Assembly (NCBI GenBank): GCA_964541255.1
Contig: CAZIPL010000005.1
Span: 1-58,798 of the forward strand
Source: an uncultured Clostridia bacterium
Lineage (GTDB): Bacteria; Bacillota; Clostridia; Christensenellales; CAMQZB01
Length of the DNA: 58,798 nucleotides
Direction: 5' to 3'
This document shows, piece after piece, positions 56,288 through 58,798 of this stretch; positions within the stretch are counted from its first letter, which is position 1; the number at the start of each line of letters is the position of its first letter. The notes below the pieces were generated by a model that saw nothing but the letters and a program-made list of their open reading frames with translations, made no database searches and was not told where the DNA came from. Position numbers and translations under genes: made by a program.

Positions 56288-56842
56288 TTATTCAAGTCTA
56301 TCAAGAGGTAAAAAGCCTGCCTTTTTTATTGAAAATACAATTATCGGGACAATTATTATTTGAATTATCATTCCTAAAAAAGAGTTTATAAATGCACCCA
56401 AAAGGAACATCTCAAAGGTAAACACTTCAGTCGAAACGGAAGAAAGTATAAATCTGACAATACCCCAAACTATTCTCCCGCAAAGCATCGAGACCAATAG
56501 CACGACGTAAACATAAGCATTCTTTTTCGGCAACTTTTTATATAAAACACCCGTCATCACGCCGTATGTCAAAAGCTCGAAGGACATCGCAATAGCTGTC
56601 GGATAAACAGGAGGATAACCTCCCGTCAATATACACCTAAGAAAAGGCGAGAGAAAACCTACGATACCGCCATAAAACGATCCGCATAAAAAGCCGCACA
56701 AAAGTACAGGAATATGCATCAGGCAAAGTGCATTGCCGATTTCGGGGATATTTCCAGTAATATAGGGGAGCACGATGCAAAGCGCGAGGCACAAAGCCGA
56801 ATAAGTGATTTTTAGCGTATGTTTTTTGGTGCTTGACGTCAT
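56288..56842 (-). CDS. ECF transporter S component
   Basis: ALCLALCIVLP, LMHIPVLLCG, GFLSPFL, AMSFELLTYG; six-TM pattern. Confidence 0.85.
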   Translation of the reverse strand: MTSSTKKHTLKITYSALCLALCIVLPYITGNIPEIGNALCLMHIPVLLCGFLCGSFYGGIVGFLSPFLRCILTGGYPPVYPTAIAMSFELLTYGVMTGVLYKKLPKKNAYVYVVLLVSMLCGRIVWGIVRFILSSVSTEVFTFEMFLLGAFINSFLGMIIQIIIVPIIVFSIKKAGFLPLDRLE

Positions 56843-56904
56843 TTGAATATCTCCTTTTTCGTGGGACAATAAAAAACTCGACTATATATACGACACTAAA
56901 TTAT

Positions 56905-57062
56905 TCGCATAAAAAAATCGATTCGAATTACTTTCGAACCGACATCTTCGTGACATCGCAAATACATCTACTGTCTTTTATTGCAAAAATCAGGCTTCTG
57001 CCCTCTTGCGGTTATCGCAAACGTTTCGCTTCGTGCTTAACGAATTTTCCGTATTTATTCTA
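56905..57062 (-). promoter_or_regulatory. Putative attenuator/riboswitch-like leader of the ECF S-component gene
   Basis: Extended -10 TG-A-TAGAAT (57062-57057), about 110 nt with short helices, then GTCGGTTCGAA-AGTAA-TTCGAATCGAT-TTTTTT before the RBS. Confidence 0.55.
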
Positions 57063-57174
57063 TCACACTATTCGTTTTCTCGTAAAATATATTGCGAAAC
57101 CGATTGCGTTTCATAAAAAACGAAACGACCGACGAATTCCCGTCGGTCGCTCATTTTTATGTTATGGCTCGTTG

Positions 57175-58584
57175 TTATTTGCTTAATGCTTCGTCAATCG
57201 CATGAGCAGCGGTTTTTCCTGCACCCATTGCGGAAATAACGGTTGCCGCACCCGTTACGGCATCGCCGCCCGCATAAACGGCGTTTCTCGAGGTAAGTCC
57301 GTCTTCGTTGACGATAATACCTCCGCGTTTATTGACTTCAAGTCCCTCCGTCGTCGATTTGATAAGGGGGTTAGGCGAAGTACCGATCGACATTACAACC
57401 GTGTCGACGTCGATTTCGAATTCGCTGTTCGGGATCTCTACGGGGCGTCTTCTTCCGTTTGCGTCAGGCTCGCCGAGTTCCATTCTTACGCACTTCATAC
57501 CCGTTACAAAACCGTTCTTCGGGTCTTTCGGATCATCGGGATTGTGATAGCCCACGATCTCGGTAGGATTGCATAAGAGTCTGAACTCGATACCCTCTTC
57601 CTCGGCATGCTCGGCCTCTTCTCTTCTTGCCGGAAGTTCTTCCATCGAACGACGGTATACGATATATACCTTTTCCGCGCCCAATCTCAAAGCAGTTCTC
57701 GCAGCGTCCATAGCAACGTTTCCGCCGCCTACTACGGCAACCTTTCCGCCTTTCATGATAGGCGTTTCGGGGTCATCCTTATACGCTTTCATAAGATTGC
57801 TTCTCGTCAAGAACTCGTTTGCCGAATATACGCCGTTAAGCGCTTCTCCGGGGATTCCCATGAAGTTGGGAAGTCCTGCGCCGCTTCCGATGAATATCGC
57901 TTCAAAGCCCATATCGAAAAGCTCGTCTACCGTCAATGTCTTTCCGATAACGACGTTTGTCTCGATCTTTACGCCGAGTTTATTCAACGTATCGACCTCT
58001 TTGGCAACAATCGCCTTAGGAAGACGGAATTCGGGGATTCCGTATACCAAAACGCCGCCCGCCGTATGAAGAGCTTCGTATACGGTTACTTCATAACCTT
58101 TCTTCGCAAGATCTCCCGCGCAAGTAAGTCCCGAAGGTCCCGATCCTACAACGGCAACCTTATGTCCGTTGGATTCGGGCTTTACGGGAGTTTCCGTAGA
58201 AAATGTATTGTGCCAATCGGCAACGAATCTTTCAAGTCTTCCGATACCGACAGACTCGCCCTTTATGCCGCGAACGCACTTAGATTCGCATTGCGTTTCT
58301 TGCGGGCATACTCTTCCGCATACAGCAGGAAGAGACGACGACTTGGAAATAATCTGATATGCGCCCTCGAAATCTCCTTCTTTTATCTTTGCGATAAATT
58401 CGGGGATATGTATCTTTACGGGGCAACCCTCTACACAAGGCATATGCTTGCAATTAAGACATCTGTTCGCTTCGTCGATAGCCGTTTCTTCGGAATATCC
58501 GAGAGCTACCTCGCTGAAATTGTGAGCACGAACTTTTGCGTCTTGCGTGGGCATTTCGTTACGTTTAAGACTCATGTTAGGCAT
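57175..58584 (-). CDS. nfnB: NADPH-dependent glutamate-synthase-like / NfnB (SudA) flavoprotein subunit
   Basis: EANRCLNC...CVEGCP, AVCGRVCPQETQCE, VVGSGPSGL, YGIPEFRL, VGGGNVAMDAART, GGDAVTGAATV. Confidence 0.88.
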   Translation of the reverse strand: MPNMSLKRNEMPTQDAKVRAHNFSEVALGYSEETAIDEANRCLNCKHMPCVEGCPVKIHIPEFIAKIKEGDFEGAYQIISKSSSLPAVCGRVCPQETQCESKCVRGIKGESVGIGRLERFVADWHNTFSTETPVKPESNGHKVAVVGSGPSGLTCAGDLAKKGYEVTVYEALHTAGGVLVYGIPEFRLPKAIVAKEVDTLNKLGVKIETNVVIGKTLTVDELFDMGFEAIFIGSGAGLPNFMGIPGEALNGVYSANEFLTRSNLMKAYKDDPETPIMKGGKVAVVGGGNVAMDAARTALRLGAEKVYIVYRRSMEELPARREEAEHAEEEGIEFRLLCNPTEIVGYHNPDDPKDPKNGFVTGMKCVRMELGEPDANGRRRPVEIPNSEFEIDVDTVVMSIGTSPNPLIKSTTEGLEVNKRGGIIVNEDGLTSRNAVYAGGDAVTGAATVISAMGAGKTAAHAIDEALSK

Positions 58585-58798
58585 TATTCGCGTACCTCCT
58601 TTTTGAAAAGATTGCAAGCTTTTTCGTGCGCATGACGCTCGAATGCGCCATACATTCTGCCTCTCGACATCGCTTCGTCGAAATCTATTTCATAACCGTT
58701 GAAATCGGGGCCGTCTACGCAAGCAAACTTAGTAACCTTTTTGCCGTCTACGTTGAGAGTCAATCTGCAACCGCCGCACATACCCGTTCCGTCGATCA
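58584..58798 (-). CDS. nfnA: NfnA/SudB-type FAD, NAD-binding [2Fe-2S] subunit, C-terminal part (truncated by the window edge)
   Basis: IDGTGMCGGCR...FACVDGPDF; TAATG overlap with the downstream nfnB-like gene. Confidence 0.85.
   Translation of the reverse strand, partial: IDGTGMCGGCRLTLNVDGKKVTKFACVDGPDFNGYEIDFDEAMSRGRMYGAFERHAHEKACNLFKKEVRE

Noticed and set aside
57097-57113. LacI/cre-like palindromes (also near 23899 and 33520)
   Set aside because: Degenerate matches with no cognate regulator in the window; cannot be told from chance by eye.
506-58635. Many long antisense ORFs (506-1813, 7939-8922, 21290-22267, 57607-58635 and others)
   Set aside because: They mirror well-supported genes on the opposite strand, lack RBS and recognisable motifs.
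1-58798. tRNA, rRNA, CRISPR arrays, prophage genes, intact transposases
   Set aside because: No cloverleaf, rRNA signature, periodic repeats or phage/transposase motifs seen.

Overview
A 58.8-kb, mostly minus-strand chromosomal segment from a spore-forming Clostridia-type bacterium (inferred from the spoIIAA-spoIIAB-sigF operon, sigmaA-type promoters and the Asp23-nusB-folD-xseAB-ispA-tlyA-nadK-argR-recN block). Contents: a guanine-riboswitch xpt/nucleoside ABC operon; GH78 rhamnosidase; lgt-pncB; an AT-rich EcoRI-family methyltransferase + DUF262-HNH nuclease cassette preceded by a promoter-long hairpin-terminator unit; an L-arabinose operon whose GH51 gene carries one in-frame TAA; ppx; an aromatic-amino-acid-type ABC transporter preceded by an unannotated Tyr/Phe-rich leader peptide and terminator; an OmpR-family two-component system; an OLE RNA with oapA; GH20-like and radical-SAM genes; an ECF S component with a riboswitch-like leader; and nfnAB. 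No tRNA, rRNA, CRISPR array, integrase or intact transposase was seen. All calls are by eye from sequence motifs and recalled family knowledge; no searches or folding programs were run. The best candidates for something new are the Tyr/Phe attenuator (26896-27101), the structured RNA in front of the methylase/nuclease pair (11763-11987) and the orphan leader before the ECF S component (56905-57062).
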